From the IMG/VR virus record IMGVR_UViG_3300042090_002370, positions 1 to 64,000 of that record: DNA of 64,000 nt; one strand, given 5' to 3'. The stretch is from a virus. The notes under the pieces were generated by a model. That model saw only the letters and a list, made by a program, of their open reading frames with translations, was not told where the DNA came from and made no database searches. Both the position numbers and the translations under genes were made by a program. This document shows positions 20,059 to 30,214 of this stretch, piece after piece; position 1 is the first letter of the stretch; every line of letters starts with the position of its first letter.

Positions 20059-20158
20059 GGATAAATTCTGGCTACATGTAGACAAGTCAGGTGGATCCGA
20101 CCACTCGGGCTGCCAGTCATCCTGCGTAAGACGCGGCGGAAAGACCTGTAGTTGGTGA
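20051..20158 (+). pseudogene. Remnant of an HNH homing endonuclease N-terminus
   Basis: MTEDKFWLHVDKSGGSD resembles the FW.KVDKSGG..CW start of phage HNH endonucleases; stop after 35 aa. Confidence 0.45.
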
Positions 20159-20745
20159 GCGAAAGAAGTACAATGGGTGGTGTGGAACAACCAGCGCCGC
20201 CCTTCGTCCCCTCCTTACGTTGTACGCTTACGCACTTCTGCGAGTTGAGGCCGCGTGGCGAGAAGCTCGGTTCGGTGAACAATCGTCGCCTTGTTTCGAT
20301 CACGAGCCAGTATCGGTTTGCGAGCAGTCGCGGTTTAGACTCGCTGCGCGGTGCTGTCTTGTCTAGCGTCAGTGGGGAGAGGGCCTTCGAACCGGCCCTT
20401 CTTCCCATCGGCGCCGCGCTTTTACAAGACGTGATGCCTATTGAGTTTATCTTCCGTCATCTACGCGGCGGGCAGCAAGAACTACGAGCAGCGGCGGTCT
20501 TCGCATCAGTTTACTACTCCTCTACTGACCTAAGTGTCGAGATCGCCGAGGAGCTCATCTCGGACAAGGGCGACAAGCTAATACTACAAGCGATGCATGA
20601 AGTTCTTGACTTGCGTATTAGAACTAGTACAGGTGGAACCTGCCATCGATGTGGCGCTAGAGGAACCCGTCAACTACAGCAGCTCGACTGGCTTCCTTAC
20701 AGAATGTAGCCCGCAGAACTCTTTTTTTAGCTACGCGAGGCCAAC

Positions 20746-21345
20746 ATGTGGTCTAGCTCGTTCGTTGCGATAGACACGGAAACTTCTGGGTTCGGGCCAG
20801 ACGCCCGCATTCTAGAAGTTGCTGTTGTAGTGTTCGAGAACGGGCTACCTGTTCATTCGTTCTCGCGACTCATCTGCCCGCCGGATCTCGATTGGGAGAA
20901 GTCGGCCGAGGCCTTGTCCGTGAACAATCTCACAAAAGAGGCGCTAGTCGGCAAGCCTACATTCGAGGAGACGCTCCCTGATCTCATGGTCGAGCTCGCA
21001 CATCCAGTATGGGTTGCGCACAACATGCCCTTCGACTTTCAGATGCTCGCGCAGGAATGGGCTAGGCTAGGAAGAACGCTCGAACCGCCACCGCTCTTAC
21101 TTTGCACATGCCGGCTTGCCGCGTTTCTTAGCCCTATGGCTCAGGGTAACAAGCTTCACCAAGTCGCCGCCCGTTACGGTGTAGTTCAAGACGGCGCTCA
21201 CCGCGCCGTTGTTGACGCTGAGGTCTGCGGCGGGATCGCTACTAGTATGGTAAAACAGGGTAAGCTGCCCACAGACAATGACACGATGCGCATGATGATG
21301 CGGCAAGCCGACGTTGCCTGGAAGAGAAAGGGGCGACGTGGCTGA
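20746..21345 (+). CDS. DEDDh 3'-5' exonuclease (DnaQ/epsilon-like)
   Basis: AIDTETSG, VAHNMPFD, AHRAVVDA. Confidence 0.9.
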   Translation: MWSSSFVAIDTETSGFGPDARILEVAVVVFENGLPVHSFSRLICPPDLDWEKSAEALSVNNLTKEALVGKPTFEETLPDLMVELAHPVWVAHNMPFDFQMLAQEWARLGRTLEPPPLLLCTCRLAAFLSPMAQGNKLHQVAARYGVVQDGAHRAVVDAEVCGGIATSMVKQGKLPTDNDTMRMMMRQADVAWKRKGRRG

Positions 21346-21563
21346 TGGGTACGCACAAACGTCCGTGCTGCAAATGCGACGCAGTACTAATTATGGAAGG
21401 CGCAGTTCAGCTTCAAGACGAAACTGGAGACGCCGACTTCGCGATGCGCGACTACGCCCTGCGAAATGGGTGGGACGCACGCATGATCATTAGCGGAGCC
21501 TTACTATTCACCTGTCCAAGTTGCCTATTGAAGGCGGCCTAAAAAGGCGCTACGACAGCGCTC

Positions 21564-22067
21564 ATGGAGAACAACATGAAAAAGAATCTTTCGATCATCC
21601 TCGCTCTCACGTCTCTTCTTGCCATCACCCCGGGCTGCGCGGCCGCCAATACGTGGTGGCAGCAATTCCAGAGTAACCCTGTTGCTCAGGTGCAGACATT
21701 CGAACAGGGCGTTCAGATCGCACTCTCCAGCGCGTCGGTAGCGTGGGGTGTCGTCCTCCCGCTTCTGCCGTTGGCCTCTCAGGCGAAAGCCCAGGCCGAC
21801 TACAACAACGCCGTCGTTTCTGTGAACCATGGATTGCAGGCGCTGAACGACGCCGTTCAGGCGGCCGTGGATGCGAAGACATCGAACCCCGACTTCTCCG
21901 CCGCTATCGCGCAGATTCAGGCGGCTGTTACGCAGGTTCTCGACATCGTCAATCAGTACACGGCGCTCGCTCCGCCTTCCGTGAGTGCACTATCACACCC
22001 CGTTCCTGGCATCGTCGAAGCGAAGGCAGCAGTGCAATCTCTTACGCGCTTCTCAGGAAAGTTCTAG
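21564..22067 (+). CDS. Putative lipoprotein of the lysis cassette (spanin-like candidate)
   Basis: Signal peptide ending TPGC; helical Ala/Gln-rich body; directly upstream of the endolysin. Confidence 0.55.
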   Translation: MENNMKKNLSIILALTSLLAITPGCAAANTWWQQFQSNPVAQVQTFEQGVQIALSSASVAWGVVLPLLPLASQAKAQADYNNAVVSVNHGLQALNDAVQAAVDAKTSNPDFSAAIAQIQAAVTQVLDIVNQYTALAPPSVSALSHPVPGIVEAKAAVQSLTRFSGKF

Positions 22068-22069
22068 TC

Positions 22070-22780
22070 GTGACGCGTCTCATTACCGATGTGTCCGCAG
22101 CGAACGCTCTAGGGCGTGCGCCTGGTCGTGCCCTATCACAAGATGATCTCGACTGGGCTTGGGCGAAGAGCCAGGGCGTAGTCGGCAGCTACGTGGAGGG
22201 CTACATCGGTAATGACGGGCCGAACACTGACTTCGACCTGCAGATGCAGGACATCGTAGACGCCGGTCTTCTTGCCGGCGTCTACGACTACGTCTACCCG
22301 CTGCCAACGGTAGCTGGGCACGCGAACCGCGACCCCGTCGCACAAGCGCAGCTTCATGGCGCTAAGTCGGGCCCATGGAAGCCTGGCATGCTTCGCTTCA
22401 TGGGCGATCTCGAGTGGCCTTCGCCAGCCCAGTGGGCGCAGTGGGGGTGCTCGGCACAGCAGATCATAGACTGGATTTGCGCTTACCTCCTTACACGTGA
22501 CGGCCTCGCCGGTTGTATGGTCGGCCTATACACCTACGAAGACTTCTGGATGGAGCTCACCGCCGGTGGCACGAATGTGCCCTCCGAGCTTGCCGACCGC
22601 CCGCTATGGGTGGCCGGCTCATCTGCCTGGGTGAAGCCTCCCTGGTCGGCCGCTACGCTCTGGCAGATGACTGGCCAAGAGCTCAAGGTGCAGACGACTT
22701 CCGGGCGTCCGCCGGTAACCACAGACTGCTCGCAGTTTCTCGGAGACGATGCCGCTTGGTCGGCTTTTATTGGCCAGTAA
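22070..22780 (+). CDS. GH25 muramidase (endolysin)
   Basis: TDVS, G.Y.Y, GDLE (DxE), LWVA, PPW...LWQ; GTG start at 22070. Confidence 0.8.
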   Translation: MTRLITDVSAANALGRAPGRALSQDDLDWAWAKSQGVVGSYVEGYIGNDGPNTDFDLQMQDIVDAGLLAGVYDYVYPLPTVAGHANRDPVAQAQLHGAKSGPWKPGMLRFMGDLEWPSPAQWAQWGCSAQQIIDWICAYLLTRDGLAGCMVGLYTYEDFWMELTAGGTNVPSELADRPLWVAGSSAWVKPPWSAATLWQMTGQELKVQTTSGRPPVTTDCSQFLGDDAAWSAFIGQ

Positions 22781-23051
22781 GGAGGACGTTATGACGGTCG
22801 TCAACAAAGACATCGACGCGCTTTTGGAGTTGGAGTCCAAGCTCACTGAGGCTTTTACTTGTGAGGAGGCCTACCCCATCTACATGGCCAAGTTGCGGTT
22901 CGAGGAGAAGCTCCGCACTATGGAGGCGGAGGTCAACCGAGCCGCTCGAGGTTGGGCGTACATGAGCCCGCAGCCAATGCCTCTCAAGAGAAGCCCGGTT
23001 ACATCGTTGCGCCTCTACGCAACGCAGTAAGGCAAGCATCCGTCATCCGCA

Positions 23052-23060
23052 GGGATAAGG
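23052..23060 (+). promoter_or_regulatory. GGGATAAGG promoter motif
   Basis: Intergenic copy upstream of the 23097 gene. Confidence 0.5.
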
Positions 23061-23096
23061 GGTCCGACTGGGCGCTTGCGCCTGGAGGTAAGGACC

Positions 23097-23399
23097 ATGG
23101 GTGACTGGTCGGATGTGGAAGATGATGTGATCTTACGCAGAGCGCTACGCTGCGCTCGTGGTGACTATCAGCGGGCGCTCATCTACGGAGATGAAGCCAC
23201 CTCAGGCAGCACATTGAAGGGCAAGGCGAGAGAGTACTCTGGTCGTTATAAGGCATCTGTTGTGGGGCTGATGTCTAGATTAGAGCGCCTTGACGGGATC
23301 CTGTGCTACGTCGAGAAGCGTGGCCAGCGACATGTACTGATCCTACGCTGGCAAACTGAACAGGATCTCGTCGACCTCGCAGAAAGACGGATGGCATGA
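23097..23399 (+). CDS. Hypothetical protein ending in LVDLAERRMA
   Basis: GGAGG RBS. Confidence 0.65.
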   Translation: MGDWSDVEDDVILRRALRCARGDYQRALIYGDEATSGSTLKGKAREYSGRYKASVVGLMSRLERLDGILCYVEKRGQRHVLILRWQTEQDLVDLAERRMA

Positions 23400-24047
23400 C
23401 ACACGAGCGCCGGCAGCTCGAGTATGCTATCGAGGTCATGCGGCAGAAATACGTAATGGTGGCAGCGATAGGACCCGCAACAGATCGTCCTGTAGAAGGC
23501 CGTATACGCTTAGACGCCATAGCCTTTGCTGCCCATCGTTTACAGCGGCCCTACTTCCCCGTGAGCCCGTTTATCTAGGAGAGGTATGGACAAGGTTGAA
23601 CTGCTGAAGCTTTCAAAGGAAGAACTGGTCCGGCTTCTGGAGCTCGCTGTCGAGGGGCAGAAGCTGGCCACCAAGAACATGTCCAGCATCAATGAAATGA
23701 GCAAACAGCTCTACGAAGAGAATCGTCAGCTAAAGGACGAGAAGGCTACGCTCGAGGCGGAGCTCATCGTGCTGAAGAACAAGCCAGCGAAGGATTAGAA
23801 TCATGCTCAGTATTGCGTTTGATAGAAGCTGGGATACCAGCATGCCGGTATTGCTTGTAGATGGGCAGGCCGCGGCCTTCATCGCCGAGATGGAGCTCGC
23901 AGAGTCGTGTTCTTTGTCCGACAACGCGGGTTTGATCGTCACCAAGCTGCGCGTATATCTCGGGCAATATATGGGCAGACCAATGGTGGAACTGCCGAAG
24001 GATGCCCTCATCGAGGTCATTCCGAGAGAAGGAGCACCGCTCCCACT

Positions 24048-25391
24048 ATGAATGCATACAGGCAACAGATGCAGGTTGCTTTCTGCACAACCTGTAAGGG
24101 ACGAACACAGCACATCGAGGAGACGCTTCCAGCGAACCTGCGAGACAGCACAAAGGCTCGCATGGTTCTCGTGAACTACAACAGCCCAGACCACCTCGAC
24201 GCATTCATTCAGAAGAACCATATGGTTGACATCGAGAGCGGCAAGCTCTCTGTCTACCGCTTCACGGAGCCTGGGCCGTTCCGTATGGCCCACGCGAAGA
24301 ATCTGTCTCATAGGCTGGCACTGCTGGGCGGGGCCGACCTACTCGTGAATATGGACGCGGACAACTTCGCAGCCCCGGACTTCGATCAGTACATCGCAGA
24401 GGAGCTCTCTGACGAGAACGTGTTCTTGTGGGCGAACATGCGAAAGGGCGATCTTGAGTACACGAAGAGGCGCGGGATCTCCGGGCGCATCGCGGTCACC
24501 AAGCACGCGTTCCTTGCAGCCGGTGGCTACGACGAAGCTTTTGCTGAGTGGGGTCCTGACGATAAGGACTTCAACACTAGACTCCGGCGGCTTGGGTTCT
24601 TGGCCAGGGAGATCGACCTGCGCTTTCTCAATGCGGTAAGCCACAACGACAAGATGCGCTTCCGCGAATACCCACATCTCAGGCATGCTGCCGTGCCCTA
24701 CACCTTCGACTTGCCGGGGCGCGAGCACATTCGCATTGCCAATGCAGGGAACTTCGGCTGCGGCGTCGTCTACAAGAATTTTGGATGTGAGCCCATCGAG
24801 CTCCTGCCGTTGCCCACACGTATCTTCGGTATCGGCATGCAGAAGACAGCGACTACCAGCCTGCACCGCGCCTTGATCATGCTGGGGTACGACAGCGCGC
24901 ACTGGAAGACCGCGCACTGGGCGAAGGCTATCTGGGAGGAGATGAAGCGTTACGGAACGTCTACAACACTGGAGCGCAGCTACGCGCTGTGCGACCTGCC
25001 CATCCCATTACTGTTTCGTGAACTGGACGCTGCGTACCCAGGCTCCAAGTTCATTCTCACACTCCGTGACGAAGACGCGTGGGTTGAAAGCGTCCGTGCT
25101 CACTGGAGTGACGAGAACCCCTTCCGCGTACAGTGGGACACGGATCCATTCACACACAGAATACATACGGAGCTCTACGGACGCAGGAAGTTCGATGAGC
25201 AAGTCATGCGCGAGCGCTATCGCCGTCACAATACCGAGGTCCTGGAGTACTTCAAGGCGCGGCCGCGCGACTTACTCGTCATGAATATGAGCACCGGTGC
25301 AGGCTGGTACGAGCTCTGTGGATTCCTCCGCAAGCCACTACAGACCGCGTCGTACCCACGAGAATCCATACGACTACATCCACGAGGATGA
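24048..25391 (+). CDS. Glycosyltransferase (GT-A, GT2/GT7C-like) fused to a PAPS-dependent sulfotransferase domain
   Basis: NMDAD (DxD), GGYDE.F..WG.DD.D; IFGIGMQKTATTSL (5'-PSB loop), KFILTLRD..AW..S. Confidence 0.85.
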   Translation: MNAYRQQMQVAFCTTCKGRTQHIEETLPANLRDSTKARMVLVNYNSPDHLDAFIQKNHMVDIESGKLSVYRFTEPGPFRMAHAKNLSHRLALLGGADLLVNMDADNFAAPDFDQYIAEELSDENVFLWANMRKGDLEYTKRRGISGRIAVTKHAFLAAGGYDEAFAEWGPDDKDFNTRLRRLGFLAREIDLRFLNAVSHNDKMRFREYPHLRHAAVPYTFDLPGREHIRIANAGNFGCGVVYKNFGCEPIELLPLPTRIFGIGMQKTATTSLHRALIMLGYDSAHWKTAHWAKAIWEEMKRYGTSTTLERSYALCDLPIPLLFRELDAAYPGSKFILTLRDEDAWVESVRAHWSDENPFRVQWDTDPFTHRIHTELYGRRKFDEQVMRERYRRHNTEVLEYFKARPRDLLVMNMSTGAGWYELCGFLRKPLQTASYPRESIRLHPRG

Positions 25392-26038
25392 CCATGCACG
25401 AACGAACGATTGCTTCACTGTGCCAGCGCTCACACGAACTCTCCCGCTCCAAGGGGTGGTACAACGGCGAGGAGAAAGACCCGCGTTCCATCCAGCTCAT
25501 CACACTGCTGATGCAGTCCGAGCTCATCGAGGCCCTCGAGGAGTGGCGGGACAACAAGAAGCCCGACGAGATCTACTTCACCATGGCCGGGCACACGTTC
25601 TCAGCTGCAGAGCGCGCCCGGTCTGTTGAGCCGCCTGGAAACGATGATGCCTTCTGGAAACCAGAGGGTATCCTCATCGAGCTAGCTGACTGTATTATCA
25701 GAATAGCTCAGCGCTGCGGCTCCGACGAAACGCCACTCGAGGACATCATCAACATTGCCGTACTACCGCAGCACGTGACGTTCACAAACGACTTCGAGAC
25801 CATGCTCGCTACGGCGATGGCGGACCTATCGGTGTCCTATTTGGCTACTACGCCTGGCGGCAAGCAGATGCTGGAGGCACACTGCATGCCCGATAAGCCA
25901 GAACTGTTCTGGGCGGTGGTGTGTGCCGGTATTTTCTCCTGGGCCGATCAGAACAGGCTCGACCTCTGGAGTGCTATCGAGTTGAAGGAAGCCTTCAACG
26001 CAACGCGGCCTATGAGACATGGTGGGAAGAAAGCCTGA
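25388..26038 (+). CDS. MazG-like NTP pyrophosphohydrolase
   Basis: SELIEALEEWR, ELADCIIR, N.TRP.RHGGK. Confidence 0.8.
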   Translation: MTMHERTIASLCQRSHELSRSKGWYNGEEKDPRSIQLITLLMQSELIEALEEWRDNKKPDEIYFTMAGHTFSAAERARSVEPPGNDDAFWKPEGILIELADCIIRIAQRCGSDETPLEDIINIAVLPQHVTFTNDFETMLATAMADLSVSYLATTPGGKQMLEAHCMPDKPELFWAVVCAGIFSWADQNRLDLWSAIELKEAFNATRPMRHGGKKA

Positions 26039-26039
26039 C

Positions 26040-26651
26040 ATGAAGCCTGTTCTTCTCCTCGACGCTGACGGCGTGATCTGTGATTTCATAGGAGCGGCGC
26101 TTCTTGCGTTACGCGCTGAGTCTGGCGTCCTCGTACCACGAGAGTCAATTACTACTTGGGAGATATTTGACTCTGTCCCAGAAGATCTTCAGAAGCACAA
26201 GGCCAACGTATACGGCTTGCTCAAAGCGCGGCTGGGCTGCTTTTCCATGCGTCCGTACGACGGCGCAAAAGACGGCGTTCGGCGTTTGAAAGAGCTAGCT
26301 GAGGTGGTAGTAGTTACAAGCCCATTCCCGGACAGCGATACGTGGATGTCAGAACGCGAGAAGTGGCTCCACAGTCACTTCGGCATCATCAGTCACAACG
26401 TTATCCATGCACGAGCTAAGCATCACGTGAAGGGTGACATCTTCGTCGATGATAAGACGTCGCATGTTGTGACATGGGCCGACGCTCATCCTCAAGGTAC
26501 CGCGCTGCTATGGAACATGAAGTACAACGAGCAAGACGAGCTCCCAGACAACGTCAGCCGCGTTGTGGGCTGGGGCCAGTTGCATGCGCGCGTTCAGCTC
26601 TGGATAGCCAATCATGAAGCTGTATCTGCCCGTCACGTACGCACGGGCTGA
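26040..26651 (+). CDS. HAD-family 5'(3')-deoxyribonucleotidase (NT5C-like)
   Basis: LLDADGVICDF, VVTSP, IFVDDK. Confidence 0.85.
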   Translation: MKPVLLLDADGVICDFIGAALLALRAESGVLVPRESITTWEIFDSVPEDLQKHKANVYGLLKARLGCFSMRPYDGAKDGVRRLKELAEVVVVTSPFPDSDTWMSEREKWLHSHFGIISHNVIHARAKHHVKGDIFVDDKTSHVVTWADAHPQGTALLWNMKYNEQDELPDNVSRVVGWGQLHARVQLWIANHEAVSARHVRTG

Positions 26652-27063
26652 GGCGCTGAGGTATACCGTCAGTGTTTTAGAGGGCGTTGTTCCTGCAGGG
26701 TCTATCGTACTGAACCACGAACGCACAGCGATGCTGACGATGGACCGATTGGGCGCGTGCCTTGTACTTGACCCTGCACCAGATTGTTACGAAAGAACAT
26801 CGCTAGCTAACTGGTGCAGGCTGCTGGAGGAAGTGCCCGTAGTAGAGCTGCGGATCAAGGACCTTGATCAGCATCTGGTTGATGTGGCTGAGCAGCGCAT
26901 TCTTGGCCTGCCGGAACCGAAAGAGCCGAACGTTCAGTTTGTGAAACCGCTGGTACGTCCGACATTCAAGCCAGCAGATGAGGCGCTCAGGAAGTTCCGC
27001 GTACAGAACGGACGTTCGCCGAACGACAGCGAGTTGCGTAAGATGTCAGGGTGGCGCAGGTGA
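26614..27063 (+). CDS. Hypothetical protein with LVDVAEQRILG motif
   Basis: ORF track. Confidence 0.6.
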   Translation: MKLYLPVTYARAEALRYTVSVLEGVVPAGSIVLNHERTAMLTMDRLGACLVLDPAPDCYERTSLANWCRLLEEVPVVELRIKDLDQHLVDVAEQRILGLPEPKEPNVQFVKPLVRPTFKPADEALRKFRVQNGRSPNDSELRKMSGWRR

Positions 27064-27395
27064 AATCGGAAACCTCCATGCAGCGGCGCATAAGAGAGGC
27101 CAGCGATAAGGCCCTCGAGCAGATTGGCTTCAGCCGCTACGATAGCGGCGAGCTCCGACCTCCGCCGGCGACCGATGCCGAAGTCGCGGAGCTAGCGCTG
27201 GTCAATATCGCAGAACAACGTATCTGCGGTAGTGAAGAGGAGAAGAAGAGTGACCTGCAGCAGCCTTTCGATCTCTATGCGACTGGTATGGTCAGTATGA
27301 AGGCCTTGCTGCAGCACTTCGGGCTTGAGGTGGATGATGGTCCAGAGAAAGAGGCAGCGTCGGAAGAGGTACCGGAGCAAGCAGCGGCTCTATAA
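27051..27395 (+). CDS. Hypothetical protein with LVNIAEQRICG motif
   Basis: ORF track. Confidence 0.6.
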   Translation: MAQVKSETSMQRRIREASDKALEQIGFSRYDSGELRPPPATDAEVAELALVNIAEQRICGSEEEKKSDLQQPFDLYATGMVSMKALLQHFGLEVDDGPEKEAASEEVPEQAAAL

Positions 27396-27522
27396 GCGGA
27401 TGGAGCAGGCCTTGATTGATGTTGCTGAGCAGCGCATCTGCGGTAGTACTTTGTCAAAGCGTCAGCTACGGTTCATCCAGATGCTTGTGGCGGATGGCTT
27501 GAAGCAGTTACATCGCAACTAG
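27334..27522 (+). CDS. Small basic protein with LIDVAEQRICG motif
   Basis: GAGG before ATG; shared motif. Confidence 0.55.
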   Translation: MMVQRKRQRRKRYRSKQRLYKRMEQALIDVAEQRICGSTLSKRQLRFIQMLVADGLKQLHRN

Positions 27523-27543
27523 TTCAGGGGGAGAAGGCGTAGA

Positions 27544-28083
27544 ATGAGTCACAGGTCGAACACACGTAATGGGCTAAGGCCGCTACGAATCGAATGGCGT
27601 ACGGTTGCTGTCTCTGCGACGGACACGGTCGAGTACGCGGCGCAGCTTCAGTCGTCGTTGCAGGAGCTCTCAGATGCCGGCTTCAATATCTTGTCGCAGC
27701 AGCAACGGGGTACGGCACTCATCATTCTCGCGCAGCGTGTAGTCGTCGATCAGTCTCACCAGCCTGGTCCCATTTCTGGCCCAGAGCCGCCGCTTCCACC
27801 ACCACCCCCGCTGTCGAAGTTACGTATGCAGGCGAATCTCAACGCGCACGCAGATCAGTTCGTCTATCACTTCATCTCTCCTGACGGTCCACAAGCCAGG
27901 CGCTTTACTACGATGGTGGATGCTCTACGGATGGTGAGAGAGCATGTCGACGGTGATGGGCGATTCGTACCTGGTTGCCTTTTGACCATGACGGTCTCGA
28001 CGTATGAGGGGCATGCACTAGGCGGGCTCCTAAAGGCGTACGCCAGTGACATCGCAGCACAACCACCGAAGCAGGTAGACTGA
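27544..28083 (+). CDS. Hypothetical protein with poly-Pro linker
   Basis: ORF with RBS. Confidence 0.6.
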   Translation: MSHRSNTRNGLRPLRIEWRTVAVSATDTVEYAAQLQSSLQELSDAGFNILSQQQRGTALIILAQRVVVDQSHQPGPISGPEPPLPPPPPLSKLRMQANLNAHADQFVYHFISPDGPQARRFTTMVDALRMVREHVDGDGRFVPGCLLTMTVSTYEGHALGGLLKAYASDIAAQPPKQVD

Positions 28084-28397
28084 TGCCCGGAAACAGCCAG
28101 GATAGCCCGTCTCTTCAGCAGCAGAACCAGAACATTCGTGTTGCGCTTAGCGACGCCTACGCGGCGGTGCAGGGCAATACAACGAACCAGTCGTTCAACT
28201 CCGTCACCTTTGAGGAGCTCGCTAATCAGCAGATCCTCGCCATCAGTGGGCCTGATACACAGTCGCGTCCTAATGAATTGGACGCCATACAGAATGTGCT
28301 CAACAACCTGACTCAGGCCGTCACCCAGATCATGAACGCGCCACCAGAGCAGTTCTTGGAACCGGATAGCTCGCGTGACGTCAACACTTCTCCTTGA
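28083..28397 (+). CDS. Gln/Asn-rich, Lys-free small protein (possibly structural)
   Basis: Composition; TGATG coupling. Confidence 0.55.
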   Translation: MPGNSQDSPSLQQQNQNIRVALSDAYAAVQGNTTNQSFNSVTFEELANQQILAISGPDTQSRPNELDAIQNVLNNLTQAVTQIMNAPPEQFLEPDSSRDVNTSP

Positions 28398-28706
28398 GGC
28401 AAAAATGGAAGACCAGGGCAAAGAGACGCTCCATCAGACGGCTAGCATTCCGCGTGCACAATTAGACGCCGAGTACGCTCTAGTACTTGGCCCAAACGTA
28501 CCATCCGGATCCGGCGTCCGATCAGTAGGGCGCTATGCACTAGTTTCTACCAGGCGGCGCGATAAACTTGAGCAGATCGCAGAGCTCGCCAATGTGCTCC
28601 ATCTAGGAGGTTGTACACACAAAAGTACGATCTTCTGTCTCAAGCACGGAGACCTTCTCAGGGCGCTACGCGAAGCGCTGCGGGACTTAGAGCGCATGGA
28701 CCCAGT

Positions 28707-29291
28707 GTGAGCAAGCTCATAATAGGCGCAGATGAGGTTGGGTATGGGTCTTTAGCCGGACCTCTTGTGACCTGTGCCGTCGCGGTGCCAGAAGATTGGC
28801 CGGCACCACTAGGGCTCAGAGACTCGAAGAAGATGACACGAGAGTCGCGTGAGGTTGTGTACGGAGCTCTCTACGGGCTGCCGATGTACATCTCTGCGTC
28901 GAGCCCCGAGCTCATTGACTCGATGGGCGCTGGCGTAGTTCTACGAGCTGCACACACGCAGACCATCAAAGAGATGTTGCACCAATTCCCAGATGCCGAA
29001 GTCATCCTTGATGGCAGCATGCGCCTACCTGACCTGCCACGCGTACGTTGCATACCAAAAGCTGATGGCAAGTTCCCTGCTGTCATGGCAGCGAGCATCA
29101 TTGCAAAGGTGAGTCATGACAGGCTCATGTTGGAGTACGCCAAGCAGTATCCCGGCTATGACTTCGAACGCAATATGGGGTACAGCTCTAAGAAGCACCT
29201 CGACGGAATACGCAAGCTAGGGCGCTGTCACATACACCGTACCTCCTATCGAGTTCGCGCCCTCGGCGAGAAAGAGTTCAGCGTCCGATGA
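28707..29291 (+). CDS. rnhB: Ribonuclease HII
   Basis: GADEVGYG.LAGP, DSKK, KAD, AASIIAKV, N.GY, HR.S. Confidence 0.9.
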   Translation: MSKLIIGADEVGYGSLAGPLVTCAVAVPEDWPAPLGLRDSKKMTRESREVVYGALYGLPMYISASSPELIDSMGAGVVLRAAHTQTIKEMLHQFPDAEVILDGSMRLPDLPRVRCIPKADGKFPAVMAASIIAKVSHDRLMLEYAKQYPGYDFERNMGYSSKKHLDGIRKLGRCHIHRTSYRVRALGEKEFSVR

Positions 29292-29466
29292 TTGATCGTA
29301 TCTATGCCATCGTGGAACCTGGAGCAGACCGCGTGTATTACAGCCACGCGCCGCCCAAGGAATACCAGAAGCCACCCGGTGCGAAGGTCTACGTCGTTGA
29401 CGTGGCTCTTCCAGACTTCTTCAGCTTTGACGGCCATATTCACGCCGCTGTAACCACTGAGGAGAC

Positions 29467-30144
29467 ATGATGAACTGTCGAGGAAGAGAGCTGCCGGACC
29501 CGCTTGAGCTTGTTGTAAAAGGGTGCGAAGACACACCTATCGGCTACGCCTGTCCGAAGTGCGGAGCGTCGTACCTCATTCATAGGAGGAAAGACCCGAA
29601 GCTCTACGAGGCTGACCGCCAGCATCAACAAGAAGAAGCGGCGGCGCACTGTGTGAAGGAGTGCGTTTGTGGCGAGCTCATCGAGCAGTCTTACCGCCTT
29701 CGATGTCAGGCATGCCTGGCGCAGATGGAGGCGGACAAGGAGCAGAAACTGTTCGAGAAGGCGCAGAAGCTCCGCATTGAAGAGTACGACGGGCCGATCT
29801 ACTGGGAAGGGCATACCGGCGATATGGGCGATGGCTACTTCTCCGATGTGGACGCTCTGCTCGACTACTGCGAGCAAAACGGCGTAGAGGTCCCCGAGTA
29901 CACGTGGGCTTGTGAGAAGAATGAGCTGAAGCTACACGCCGAGCATATCGTCGAGAACGCCGTCTCGGACATGTATGAGGATGCGTATGACAGCATCCCG
30001 GAGAAGGCTATCGACTCGCTTCAAGCTTATCTCGATGCTTGGTGTAAGGAGGTAAGCATCGTTAGCTGGTCCGACGACCGCAGCCGCGTCATCATTCTGA
30101 GGGAGCAGGACGTCCCTCTGGAAGCGCCGGCGCTTGCGGGTTGA
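29467..30144 (+). CDS. Zn-finger-containing acidic hypothetical protein
   Basis: CPKCG, CVC, CQAC. Confidence 0.65.
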   Translation: MMNCRGRELPDPLELVVKGCEDTPIGYACPKCGASYLIHRRKDPKLYEADRQHQQEEAAAHCVKECVCGELIEQSYRLRCQACLAQMEADKEQKLFEKAQKLRIEEYDGPIYWEGHTGDMGDGYFSDVDALLDYCEQNGVEVPEYTWACEKNELKLHAEHIVENAVSDMYEDAYDSIPEKAIDSLQAYLDAWCKEVSIVSWSDDRSRVIILREQDVPLEAPALAG

Positions 30145-30153
30145 TGAAATTGG

Positions 30154-30191
30154 GGGCGGCTCGGGCAATCCGAGCTGCCCTTTTTTCTAGC
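30154..30191 (+). terminator. Intrinsic terminator
   Basis: GGGCGGCTCGG/CCGAGCTGCCC stem, T6, then CTAGC. Confidence 0.85.
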
Positions 30192-30214
30192 CTCTGGTAC
30201 GCTGGGTCAAGCGC

